DNA from: an uncultured Nitrospiraceae bacterium
GTDB lineage: Bacteria; Nitrospirota; Thermodesulfovibrionia; Thermodesulfovibrionales; UBA6898
Direction of reading: 5' to 3'
Length of the DNA: 64,000 nucleotides
Assembly: GCA_963811165.1 (NCBI GenBank)
Contig: CAWEQH010000010.1
Location: forward strand, 640,001 to 704,000
The notes under the pieces were generated by a model. That model did not search any database and was not told where the DNA came from. It saw only the letters and a program-made list of their open reading frames with translations. Below are positions 43,298 through 52,432 of the stretch, piece after piece (the first letter of the stretch is position 1; every line of letters starts with the position of its first letter). The position numbers and the translations under genes are program-made.

Positions 43298-43372
43298 TGT
43301 CATTCCGGCTTCTCCGGAATCTTTCCGTGCGTGGTTGCCCTTCTTCGGGCGGCCACATGGGGCCGCCCCTAC
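43298..43372. repeat. Composite of a half GTCATTCC palindrome and a GTAG-type REP
   Basis: TGTCATTCCGGCTTCTCCGGAATCT followed (minus strand) by GTAGGGGCGGCCCCATGTGGCCGCCC. Confidence 0.65.
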
Positions 43373-43382
43373 GGGACAGATT

Positions 43383-44321
43383 CTATTTGGCCTTCTTCTT
43401 TTTCATGCCGACTTTCTTAGATTCCCCTTTGACCGCATGACCGCCGAATTCGTTTCTGAGGGCTGCCAGTAGTTTGTCCGAAAAAGATTCCTCCTGCCTG
43501 GAGCGGAACCTGTTGAAAAGTGAAAGCGCAATCACCGGCGACGGCACTGCCGAATCGATTGCCTGTTGAACGGTCCATCGGCCTTCACCGGAATCCTCGA
43601 CGTACCCCTTAATCCCTGATAGGTCCGCATCTTTTCTGAAGGCGTCTTCTGCCAGCTCCAGAAGCCATGACCTGACAACAGAGCCCCTGTTCCAAAGGTG
43701 TGCCACGTCTGCCAGGCTGAGGCCTGCCGCATACTCAGAGGCATGAATGATCTCGAACCCTTCGCCGTATGCCGCCATCATGCCGTATTCGATGCCGTTA
43801 TGCACCATCTTGACGAAATGTCCCGCCCCGGTCGGACCGCAATAGAGGTACCCTTCTTTCGGAGCGAGCGTCTTAAGGATGGGTTCGATACGTCTAAACA
43901 TCCTCCTGTCGCCTCCGGCCATCAGGCAATAGCCCTCCTTAAGTCCCCATATACCGCCGCTGACGCCGATGTCCATATATTGGATCCCCGATTCCCGGAG
44001 CCTCCGGGCATGGCGGATATCGTCTTTATAAAAACTGTTCCCGCCGTCGATGAGAAGGTCCCCGGATGCAAGCAGGCCGTTTAGCCGGTCTATCGTGTCG
44101 TCAACCGGCTTTCCGGCGGGCACCATGATCCAGATTACCCGCGGAGGTTTAAGCGCTTTCACCAACTCTTCGAGCGAATAGGCAGGCCGGGCCTTCGCCT
44201 TCTTTGCTTCGGCTAACTTATCTACCGACTTATTGTACGCAACGACGCTGTGGCCGCCTTTAATCAGCCTCTTCGTCATGTTCATGCCCATTTTTCCAAG
44301 ACCTATCATTCCCACTTGCAT
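43383..44321 (-). CDS. gnd: 6-phosphogluconate dehydrogenase, decarboxylating (short form)
   Basis: GMIGLGKMG, IDGGNS, GVSGG, GAGHFVKMVHNGIEYG, LRNEFGGH; AGGAGG RBS. Confidence 0.94.
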   Translation of the reverse strand: MQVGMIGLGKMGMNMTKRLIKGGHSVVAYNKSVDKLAEAKKAKARPAYSLEELVKALKPPRVIWIMVPAGKPVDDTIDRLNGLLASGDLLIDGGNSFYKDDIRHARRLRESGIQYMDIGVSGGIWGLKEGYCLMAGGDRRMFRRIEPILKTLAPKEGYLYCGPTGAGHFVKMVHNGIEYGMMAAYGEGFEIIHASEYAAGLSLADVAHLWNRGSVVRSWLLELAEDAFRKDADLSGIKGYVEDSGEGRWTVQQAIDSAVPSPVIALSLFNRFRSRQEESFSDKLLAALRNEFGGHAVKGESKKVGMKKKKAK

Positions 44322-44379
44322 ATACTTCACCTCCTTAAAAGCATCGCGTAAAGGTCAGAAAATCCGCGTTGGAAAATAT

Positions 44380-46647
44380 TTAAGGGATATTCTTTTTTAT
44401 TCTGATGCCGCCTTGGATGAGGATCACGACCATATACAGGCCGGCCACAATAAAAAAGAATGTGCGGGGCTGCACGCCGGGGTTAATGATCTGCCCGCGG
44501 TCGACCCCATTCAGCTTCAATATATATGCCTCGAGGTTCGAGATCTCCTCCTGCGTAAGGGAACGGGTATCTCCCCATGCCGGCATGTGAAGCGCAGGAT
44601 GAGGCCCCGAAGGCATCGAGCCGTGCTGGATAATCTTGTCTATATTGGCTGCGAAGACCCTTGGATCGGCATTATACAACTTCCGGTCGATCGGCCCAAG
44701 GGGAGGTACGGTGCCGTCGTCGGACCCGGGGTTCGGGAGACCGCCTTTCCCGGCTACGCCGTGACAAGAGAGGCACTGCTCATTATAGAGGTCGACGCCG
44801 TTTTCGACGCTTCCAATTATGAACGCGGCCCTTCCGACAGGTCCTTCCAGCGCCTTTTCTTCAGAAGGCACCTCTGGGGAACTCGCCCCTCCGGAAGAAA
44901 CAGCGTTTTTCTTCTCCCGCCCCTGTTGCGCAACCGGCCCGCCTTTGCCTGCCCCGGACGATGCGCCGCCCATGAGACTCATCAGATAGGCGACGAGGTT
45001 ATCAAGCTGCTCCTTGCTTAGGCTGGTGAATGCCGGCATGATCGAATTGGGGTTATGGGATTTAGGATTGGTGATCTGGTCCAAGAGCCACTGCCGGTCC
45101 TTGCCCTTAAGGGTATTTCCTGATAGTTCAGGACCGATTGCTCCGCCCTGACCGTTTATCTTATGGCAGCCGGAGCATCCGCTGGATTCAAAGACCGCTT
45201 TCCCCTTTTCAGCTTCCGGAGACTTCCTTTCCGCTCCACCGGAAGACGGCGTTCCCTCGGCAGCCGTTACGCCCCCGCTTAAGCTTAGAAGAAAGGAAGC
45301 GATCTCGTTGACCTCTTCTTTGCTCAAATTGGTAAAGGCGGTCATACTCGTCGTGCGTCCCCCCTTGGGGAAATGCGCCCGGGAATTACGGATCTGTTCT
45401 ATTAGCCATTGTCTGTCCCTTCCTTTGAGGGTATCGCCGGCGAGTTCCGGCCCGACCGACCCGCCATGGCCGTGGACCTTGTGGCAGTTCAGACACCCGC
45501 TCGACCTGAAGAGTTCCTCTCCTTTTTTCACACCGGATGCCGCCTGCGGCGGGGGCATCGTCTGTTTCACCGGCTTTGCCTCTTTTGTTTCAGGGATTTG
45601 TGCAAATCCCGGGCTTAGATAGCCGATGACCGTCAGGGTCAAAACAACACCCGCATAGGCGACCAGACATGCCATCGCAAACGGTCGCCGGAAAGGGTTT
45701 CTCTCGGAGTTCCTGTCTAGGAGGGGGACAATCAGCAAAAGAAGGACGAAGACCGCCGGGACTCCTCCCGCCCCTATAGGCTCCAAGGCCCCAGGAAAGT
45801 ACTTGAGGGCCTGATACAGAAACAGAAAATTCCATTCAGGCTTCGGCACGTAAGAGATATTTAGGGTATCGGCTGCGCCCTTAAAAGGTACCGGGGAAAA
45901 AACCGAGAGCGTTATCAGGCAGAAGACCACTGCCGATGCCGTCACCATATCTTTGAAGATCTGGTCGGGCCACAGGGGACCGGACCGCTTTCTCTTTTCC
46001 TCGTCCCAGGAGCCCCCGACGCCTGAGGTCCTGAAAGAAGCTATATGCGCCCCAACCAGAAGGACCAAAAGAGGAACGAAAACCCCCACGTGGAAAACGA
46101 AGAAACGTGAAAGGGCAAGCTGACCCATCACCTCGCTTCCTCTTAGGATGATCTTCTGCAGATCGCCGACTACCGGCACCTCGCCGGCTATGCTGCTGCC
46201 GACCTCGCCGGCCCAATAGCCCGCCTGATCCCAAATCAGCGGCGCGCCTGTAAAACTTATCGCCATGACCGTCAAGACCAGCCCGATGCCTATGAACCAG
46301 GTCAGGGGGGTTTTCTTATACGCCCCCCATATGTATACGCGCATCATATGCAGGGCGACAAGAAGCACCATCGCCTGGGCCCCCCAGTAGTGAATGTTAT
46401 GGACCAGCCACCCGAAGGGCACCTCGGTCCGAAGATAACTCACGCTGTCATAGGCATGATCAGTGGTAGGAACATAATAAAAGAGCTGGATGACTCCGGA
46501 GGAAGCCTGCAGGATAAAGATCGTGATGAGACTCGTACCCAGCGTATACGCAAAGCTTGCTCCTCCCGGGATCTCCTCATCCAGGAGCAGGTCCCTGAGC
46601 TGGTAATACGGCCAACGGTCTGTAAACCAGGTCCAGAGCCATTTCAT
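44380..46647 (-). CDS. Cytochrome b (bc complex) fused to three c-type heme domains
   Basis: Cyt b His pairs (HYWG..LHM; FH..AH), Qo motif PKPEWNFL, then CLNCH, CSGCH, CLSCH and a C-terminal TM. Confidence 0.9.
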   Translation of the reverse strand: MKWLWTWFTDRWPYYQLRDLLLDEEIPGGASFAYTLGTSLITIFILQASSGVIQLFYYVPTTDHAYDSVSYLRTEVPFGWLVHNIHYWGAQAMVLLVALHMMRVYIWGAYKKTPLTWFIGIGLVLTVMAISFTGAPLIWDQAGYWAGEVGSSIAGEVPVVGDLQKIILRGSEVMGQLALSRFFVFHVGVFVPLLVLLVGAHIASFRTSGVGGSWDEEKRKRSGPLWPDQIFKDMVTASAVVFCLITLSVFSPVPFKGAADTLNISYVPKPEWNFLFLYQALKYFPGALEPIGAGGVPAVFVLLLLIVPLLDRNSERNPFRRPFAMACLVAYAGVVLTLTVIGYLSPGFAQIPETKEAKPVKQTMPPPQAASGVKKGEELFRSSGCLNCHKVHGHGGSVGPELAGDTLKGRDRQWLIEQIRNSRAHFPKGGRTTSMTAFTNLSKEEVNEIASFLLSLSGGVTAAEGTPSSGGAERKSPEAEKGKAVFESSGCSGCHKINGQGGAIGPELSGNTLKGKDRQWLLDQITNPKSHNPNSIMPAFTSLSKEQLDNLVAYLMSLMGGASSGAGKGGPVAQQGREKKNAVSSGGASSPEVPSEEKALEGPVGRAAFIIGSVENGVDLYNEQCLSCHGVAGKGGLPNPGSDDGTVPPLGPIDRKLYNADPRVFAANIDKIIQHGSMPSGPHPALHMPAWGDTRSLTQEEISNLEAYILKLNGVDRGQIINPGVQPRTFFFIVAGLYMVVILIQGGIRIKKNIP

Positions 46648-46653
46648 AAGGCG

Positions 46654-47187
46654 TTACACCCTGACCTTCCCGGAAATACCGACCTTAAAGCGCTCCCATT
46701 CGACGTAGAGTTTGCCGTTGTCGATTTTATACGGAAGGCTATCGAGCGGACGAGGGGCCGGCCCGCCGACCACCTTTCCGTCGATCGTCCAGACACTTCC
46801 GTGGCAGGGACATTCGAAATGCCGGGTTTGAGGGTTCCATTTGAAATGGCACCCAAGATGCGTGCAAATCGGAGAAAAAACCGTCAGTTCCTCGGTAGAG
46901 TGTTTGATGACCCATACCGAGCGGGTGACTTCCTGCTGAAGATAGGCATCCGTAACGCGGACCTGAAAATTCATGTCCTGGGGCTGACCTATCGGCAAGG
47001 AACCGACATCGCCGACTTCCATATAGGAAAGTTTCTGAAGCGGCGCGGAATTGATTACCGCCCTGATAAAAGGGATTCCCGTTACCAGACCGATCATGGC
47101 CGCCAACGTGCCGATCAGCCACTTAAGAAAACTCCGCCGTTCGGCAAGTCCCTGCCCGTTCTTTTCGGAAACCGGACTTTCCTGCAT
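46654..47187 (-). CDS. Rieske [2Fe-2S] subunit of bc complex
   Basis: Tat signal RRSFLK, CTHLGC and CPCHGS boxes, GPAPRPL. Confidence 0.93.
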   Translation of the reverse strand: MQESPVSEKNGQGLAERRSFLKWLIGTLAAMIGLVTGIPFIRAVINSAPLQKLSYMEVGDVGSLPIGQPQDMNFQVRVTDAYLQQEVTRSVWVIKHSTEELTVFSPICTHLGCHFKWNPQTRHFECPCHGSVWTIDGKVVGGPAPRPLDSLPYKIDNGKLYVEWERFKVGISGKVRV

Positions 47188-47202
47188 AGGTTTCCTCCCG
47201 GA

Positions 47203-47664
47203 TTACGCCTTCCCGGGCTCCCTCTTGACCATCAAAATCGAACAGGGCATCTTTCTGAATATCGTATCGTTGATACGGCCGAAGAGGAGATGCTCGAGCT
47301 TGGATTCTTCGTGGCCTGTCATAACAAGCAGGTCGATCTTTTCCTCTTTAACAGCTTTGAGGATCTCCTCTGCCGGCTTCCCCTCCGTAAACAGCTCCTT
47401 CACCGCAACGCCCTTCTTCTTCTCTTCCCTTATGACAGCATCGAGTGTCTTCTTTGCATCACCGATGGCCTTCTTGTATTCGTCTTCGATTACCCCGAGC
47501 TGGACAGGCAGGTTCCATTCGCCCCGGATGAAAGGATCGTAGGTAACGTGGATGACATAGAGTTCGGCCCCATATTGCTGGGCCAAAGATATTCCCTCGT
47601 GGATCGCCTCTCTGCAGTACTCGGGCATCCTGCATGCTACCATGATACGTTTCATATTATGCAT
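47203..47664 (-). CDS. Universal stress protein
   Basis: KRIMVA, AELYVIHV, GKPAEEIL..IDLLVM, PCSILMV. Confidence 0.88.
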   Translation of the reverse strand: MHNMKRIMVACRMPEYCREAIHEGISLAQQYGAELYVIHVTYDPFIRGEWNLPVQLGVIEDEYKKAIGDAKKTLDAVIREEKKKGVAVKELFTEGKPAEEILKAVKEEKIDLLVMTGHEESKLEHLLFGRINDTIFRKMPCSILMVKREPGKA

Positions 47665-47846
47665 AAGTCCCTCCTTTGAATAAATAAAAAGTTATTAATG
47701 CTTTAGGGAAATCTTATCATGATTCAGGGGGATTTCAAAGAAAAAAGTGGACGGTTTCAATCTTGAAAAAAATAATCATATTATCAGAAAAAAAAGGGTC
47801 GGGGCGAAAATAATCATCCTGCATCGCCCCATTTTTTTAACCGGGA

Positions 47847-50800
47847 CTACTGGATGATCAGATTGACGATCGTCACCTTCCCGGCGGTAATAGTTAAGGT
47901 TCCGTCTATGGTCGTGTACCACAAGTTACTGGTAAAGCTTCCGTCGTAGCCCCCTATGATTGTGATATTAATATCCTTCCAAAAGACAAGGTCTTCGGTA
48001 AAGTTGAGCGCCTTGATCTCGATCACACTCCCTTCCGATGCATCATCTAATGCCTCCTGCAGTGTAGGATATTCCGATTCACCTATCTGTACCGGGTCGG
48101 TCGTGCTGGCGGTTACATGGATTGTCTTCGTAACGTGTGACTGTATGCCGGATGCTGTCGTCGTGAGAGTCACGTCATAGTCTCCGGCGGACAAGAAGAG
48201 GTGCGTGGGATTACGCTGTGTACTTGTCGCGGTGTCGCCAAAGTCCCATAGCCACAAAGTGGGGTTATTGGTGGAGGTGTCGGTAAATGCCACGCCGAGC
48301 GGCTCCTCTCCAGACATGGGTATTGCCGTGAAATTCGCATTCGATATGAAGGTCGCCTTCACCGTAAGGTTCGCCGTAACATTCGAGATCGTGAGCGGAT
48401 TGGAGGTCGATGTCGTCGTATTGACACCGTCGTTGATCGACCACTCGACAAAATGATTCCCCGGGTCGGCGTTTGCCGTAACCGCTGTCGTACTACCTCC
48501 ATAGCCGACTGTCTGGTTCGTATTACCCGTCAAATTCCCGTCGCCTTCGACAGAGAAAGTAACTGAAAATGTAAGGAGAGTAAACGTAGCGATGCAGGTC
48601 TTGTCCGCATCCATCGTCACCTGGCCGTCTGAACAGTCGGGGTCCCCTGTCCAGCCTCCGAAGACCGAGCCGGTGACGGCCGAGGGGGTCAGTGTAACAA
48701 CCGTGTCGGCAGCATAGCCGCTACAGTTACTGCCGCAAGATATTCCAGCCGGATCATTCGTGACCGACCCGCTCCCTGTGCCGCTTTTATTCACGATCAA
48801 CGTATGACCGTCGAAGGGGACATAGACCTCTTTTGTCGTCAGCAAAAGCGAAAGCGAAGCTTCCGAAATTCCTCCCTGGGCGTCTGCATTTGCCCGGACA
48901 TAATAGCGTGTATTAAGAGGCGGGGTAAGGCCCGTGATCTCCCATCCGCCCGTGATTCGTGATGCCGGGCCGAGGGAAGTCCAGGTTTCCAGATCGGTCG
49001 ATACGTCGAAAGTCACCTTGCTGACCTCCGTGCCCGATCCGCTTCTGAGTAAGGTGACGCTGGTCCCGTCAGAAGATGCCGAAAGGTCATATGACGCCGT
49101 GGTCGTATTGGTAAGTCGGGCGACATAGTTTCTGGCCACCCCGCCCAATAGTGTAAAATTCCCCACAGCAATGACCTTCCCGTCAGGCTGCACGGCGATT
49201 CCCTGTACTGTATTGTTTGCTCCCGGATTGAAGGAGTCGTCTATGCTTCCGGCGGGGTTGATACGCGCGATCCGGCTTCGGGCCGGCGTCCATACGACCG
49301 AGGTGAAAATTCCACCGATCAGGATCTTGCCGTCGGTCTGAAGGGCGATGGAATAAACAGAGTTATTCATGTCGATGGTAAAATCAGTGTCATTGCCACC
49401 GTCGGAATTCAGACGGGCCAGATTATACTTCGCGACCCCTCCTACGGAATTAAACGTGCCTCCGATAACGATCTTCCCATCGGCCTGCAGGGCCATCGCC
49501 ATAACATCAAGCCCGACTATGTTCGGAACAAAAGACGTGTCGCAGTCGCCATCGGGGTTCAGCCGTGCTATATACTTGCGAGACACACCGCTTGTATTTT
49601 GGAAGTAGCCGCCGATAAGGATCTTGCCGTCGGGCTGAATGATTATGGAATACACGCCGCCATCCACCGTGGCGACAAACGACGTATCGATGCTTCCGTT
49701 AGAGTTCAGCCGTGCGAAGAAATTCTTCGATACCCCTGCAATGGTCGTGAAATTACCGGATACCAGGATTTTTCCGTCGGGCTGCGGCACGACGGCGTAT
49801 ACCAGATCGTTGGGACTCGGATTGAATGTGCCATCGAGACTGCCGTCCGAATTCAGCCGGGCTATTCGGGACTGTGAAACGCCGCCGACAGTAACGAACG
49901 GTCCGCCTATGAGGATTTTACCGTCGGGCTGTACCGCAATCGACCGGACAGCGTTGCCTACATTGGGGTCAGGAAAAGAGTCGTCGAGGCTGCCGTCGGG
50001 GTTCAGCCTGGCAAGCCCGCGCCTGCCATCCCCGGCAATGCTTGTGAAGTAGCCGCCAAGCAAAATCTTGCCGTCCGGCTGCTGAGCGACCGAAACGACA
50101 GCGGCGCCGGCCCCGGGACTGAAAGTGGCATCGAGCGAGCCGTTTTCATGATGGAGCCGTACGACCCCGTTGCGTGAATAGGTATTAACGGTATTAAAGC
50201 TTCCAGCCAGCACGATCTTCCCATCCGACTGCTGCAGGATCGCCTCGGCCGCGCCGCCATTGAATACAGGGATGAACCCGCTATCGAAACTGCCGTCCTG
50301 TCTGAGACGCGCCACGTTCTGCTGCCATATTGAGTTCACATAGTTGAAGGGGCCGCTGATAATTATCTTCCCGTCTGCCTGAATGCAGAGCCGGCTGATG
50401 TAATTGATGTCGATGGTAGCTGTGAACGACGTGTCGATGGTCCCATTTGCGTTTAATCGAGCTATATATGCCTTGGGAGCTCCGCCTACCGTTGTAAAGG
50501 GGCCCCCGATGACGACCTGGCCATTCGGCTGAACCGCCACTGAGTTCGCCTGAAGATTGATATTAGGACCGCTGAAGGAGCTGTCCAAAGTACCATCGGC
50601 CAGGAGCCTCACAACCTTGCTGCCTCCTCCAAGGACTATCCTTCCGTCATCCATAAGTGCGAGGGAGTAAACCCCTCCCACCGCGGGAGGATTGTTGAAT
50701 GAGCTATCGAGAGTACCGTTTGAGTTGAGTCGTGCCATTCCGTTTACGGAAGCGCCCGCAATCTCCCAGAAGCCCCCGCCGATCAGGATCTTTCCGTCAG

Positions 50801-51260
50801 GCTGCTCCTTGAAAGTATATACCATGTAGTTAGGCGCCGGATCGAATGAAGAATCCAGGCTGCCATCTGAGTTCAATCGGGCAAACCCGCTCCGCGGCGT
50901 GCTGTCCACCTGCGTGAAGTACCCGCTGATCAGGACCTTCCCGTCCGCCTGAACAGCCAGGAATCTGACGCCATTATCGAGGTTTGCGCTGAAGGTGCTG
51001 TCGAGACTCCCATCGGGGTTCAGACGGGCAATATAGCTTTTTGGCGTCCCTCCGACTGTGTCGAACATGCCGCCTATCACAATTTGACCGTTCGGCGACA
51101 GCGCGGCATCGAATACCGGGCCACCCGTAACATTCGGATCGAAGCCGTCATTGACGGTGACGGCAAACAGCGGACCGGCAGGCAAAAGACCTGCGATAAT
51201 CATACATAAGGCGGTGACGCACAAGATTGAAGTTTTTCCGATGCCTCTCTCTCTTCTCAT
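47847..51260 (-). CDS. Large secreted protein: 14 delta-60/DUF5122-like repeats, B-repeat-like domains, PKD domain, C-terminal tail domain
   Basis: Signal peptide; repeats of QPDGKILIGG..RLNxDGSLD; PKD motif FTDTS..PT.WLWDFGD..NPTH.F..G.Y.VTLT. Confidence 0.85.
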   Translation of the reverse strand: MRRERGIGKTSILCVTALCMIIAGLLPAGPLFAVTVNDGFDPNVTGGPVFDAALSPNGQIVIGGMFDTVGGTPKSYIARLNPDGSLDSTFSANLDNGVRFLAVQADGKVLISGYFTQVDSTPRSGFARLNSDGSLDSSFDPAPNYMVYTFKEQPDGKILIGGGFWEIAGASVNGMARLNSNGTLDSSFNNPPAVGGVYSLALMDDGRIVLGGGSKVVRLLADGTLDSSFSGPNINLQANSVAVQPNGQVVIGGPFTTVGGAPKAYIARLNANGTIDTSFTATIDINYISRLCIQADGKIIISGPFNYVNSIWQQNVARLRQDGSFDSGFIPVFNGGAAEAILQQSDGKIVLAGSFNTVNTYSRNGVVRLHHENGSLDATFSPGAGAAVVSVAQQPDGKILLGGYFTSIAGDGRRGLARLNPDGSLDDSFPDPNVGNAVRSIAVQPDGKILIGGPFVTVGGVSQSRIARLNSDGSLDGTFNPSPNDLVYAVVPQPDGKILVSGNFTTIAGVSKNFFARLNSNGSIDTSFVATVDGGVYSIIIQPDGKILIGGYFQNTSGVSRKYIARLNPDGDCDTSFVPNIVGLDVMAMALQADGKIVIGGTFNSVGGVAKYNLARLNSDGGNDTDFTIDMNNSVYSIALQTDGKILIGGIFTSVVWTPARSRIARINPAGSIDDSFNPGANNTVQGIAVQPDGKVIAVGNFTLLGGVARNYVARLTNTTTASYDLSASSDGTSVTLLRSGSGTEVSKVTFDVSTDLETWTSLGPASRITGGWEITGLTPPLNTRYYVRANADAQGGISEASLSLLLTTKEVYVPFDGHTLIVNKSGTGSGSVTNDPAGISCGSNCSGYAADTVVTLTPSAVTGSVFGGWTGDPDCSDGQVTMDADKTCIATFTLLTFSVTFSVEGDGNLTGNTNQTVGYGGSTTAVTANADPGNHFVEWSINDGVNTTTSTSNPLTISNVTANLTVKATFISNANFTAIPMSGEEPLGVAFTDTSTNNPTLWLWDFGDTATSTQRNPTHLFLSAGDYDVTLTTTASGIQSHVTKTIHVTASTTDPVQIGESEYPTLQEALDDASEGSVIEIKALNFTEDLVFWKDINITIIGGYDGSFTSNLWYTTIDGTLTITAGKVTIVNLIIQ

Positions 51261-51598
51261 AACAACCCCCTTCCCGGGCTCGGCCGGGACTTTCCAGATC
51301 GCTGCAGTTCTTTTCACCTTCAGCCTTTTTGAGCACCGCGTCAGTAAAGAAAAAAAGCCGAAAGAAAAAGATCCAAGACTTTAACGCGCCTCGTTACTCC
51401 CAGAAAACTCTGCAGACAGAAAGCTGCTCTTTTTTTTATCGTTATCGAGCAGCAGGTGGGGTACATCACTGGCAGGATCGTGTGACTAGAAAAGCTAAGA
51501 CCGGACTTTTTACCCATGACCATTTTCTCCCTTACCGAATCTCTACCGGTTACACTGGGCCAATGGTTCATCGACCAAACTCTATTTACAAAACAGTT

Positions 51599-52078
51599 CT
51601 ACTCCACTATACAAATCGCCATCCCTGAGCCGTTGTTGACGATCTTCGTTGAGACACTGCCCATCAGGAACCGTTTGGAGGCAGATAGTCCGCGCCTCCC
51701 CAGGACGAGTGTCTGATACCCTCCGTCTCTGGCTTCCTCGATGATGCTCTCCGCCACGTCGGTCGAGTCGGAGATGGACTTCTTCTCGATCTGCTCCGGA
51801 CCTATGCCTTGTCCGATCAGCATCTCTACTGCATCCTTAAAAAGAGGTTCCAGCCTCGCCCTCTGGTTGGTAAGCCATGTCTGTATTACCTTATTCCTGG
51901 CCGCCTTCTCTTCATCGCTTAATATATGCCCGTCGTCCCAAAACGGCGCAGGCGGATAAGGAAGGACATGAAGAAGGGTTATCCCAAGGTCCCGATTGCC
52001 CGAAAACTGTTTTCCTGCGTACTCCACCGCCCTCATGGCGCACTCCGAACCGTCTATCGCGATAAGCATCTTATTCAT
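51599..52078 (-). CDS. Universal stress protein
   Basis: KMLIAIDGSE, LLHV, LVLGRRGLS..FLMGSVS; GGAGG RBS. Confidence 0.9.
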   Translation of the reverse strand: MNKMLIAIDGSECAMRAVEYAGKQFSGNRDLGITLLHVLPYPPAPFWDDGHILSDEEKAARNKVIQTWLTNQRARLEPLFKDAVEMLIGQGIGPEQIEKKSISDSTDVAESIIEEARDGGYQTLVLGRRGLSASKRFLMGSVSTKIVNNGSGMAICIVE

Positions 52079-52159
52079 GGCCACGCCTCCTTTGGGTCCC
52101 GTTCCTGATTAAATTGTACGCCTAAGAAGGCCGAAGTCAAGAAACGGCAACAGAAACGA

Positions 52160-52243
52160 CAGTAAATAGTAAGAAGTGAATGGTGAATAGCACTAAGTAG
52201 TAATCCCCGAATACGTGAAAGGTGAATCGCGAATAGCGAATCG
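52160..52243. repeat. Degenerate heptamer tandem repeats (xGTGAAT-like)
   Basis: AGTAAAT AGTAAGA AGTGAAT GGTGAAT ... CGTGAAA GGTGAAT CGCGAAT AGCGAAT. Confidence 0.55.
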
Positions 52244-52267
52244 GGTCGTCACCACTCACTTTTTACT

Positions 52268-52430
52268 AGAACCTATCTCAAAATCAACGATTTGTCGGAA
52301 GTCTGTCATACCGGCGAAAGCCGGTATCCAGTGACTCATCAAGAAACGAATAAAGTCGCTGGATTCCGGGTCAAGCCCGGAATGACGAACAAAGACGTTT
52401 CCGGGAAAAAACAATTTTGAGATAGGTTCT
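52268..52430. mobile_element. MITE-like element, 163 bp
   Basis: Perfect 17-bp TIR AGAACCTATCTCAAAAT / ATTTTGAGATAGGTTCT, flanked by identical 14-bp direct repeats ACTCACTTTTTACT; internal GTCAT..ATGAC palindrome. Confidence 0.75.
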
Positions 52431-52432
52431 AC

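Noticed and set aside
49100..51150. Periodic DNA similarity that could be mistaken for a CRISPR array or DGR repeat
   Set aside because: Explained by degenerate coding repeats of the delta-60 propeller; no identical repeats with spacers, and no cas or RT gene
51320..51598. Long leader upstream of the delta-60 protein as a possible riboswitch
   Set aside because: No recognisable c-di-GMP or other riboswitch consensus by eye; an Rfam scan would be needed
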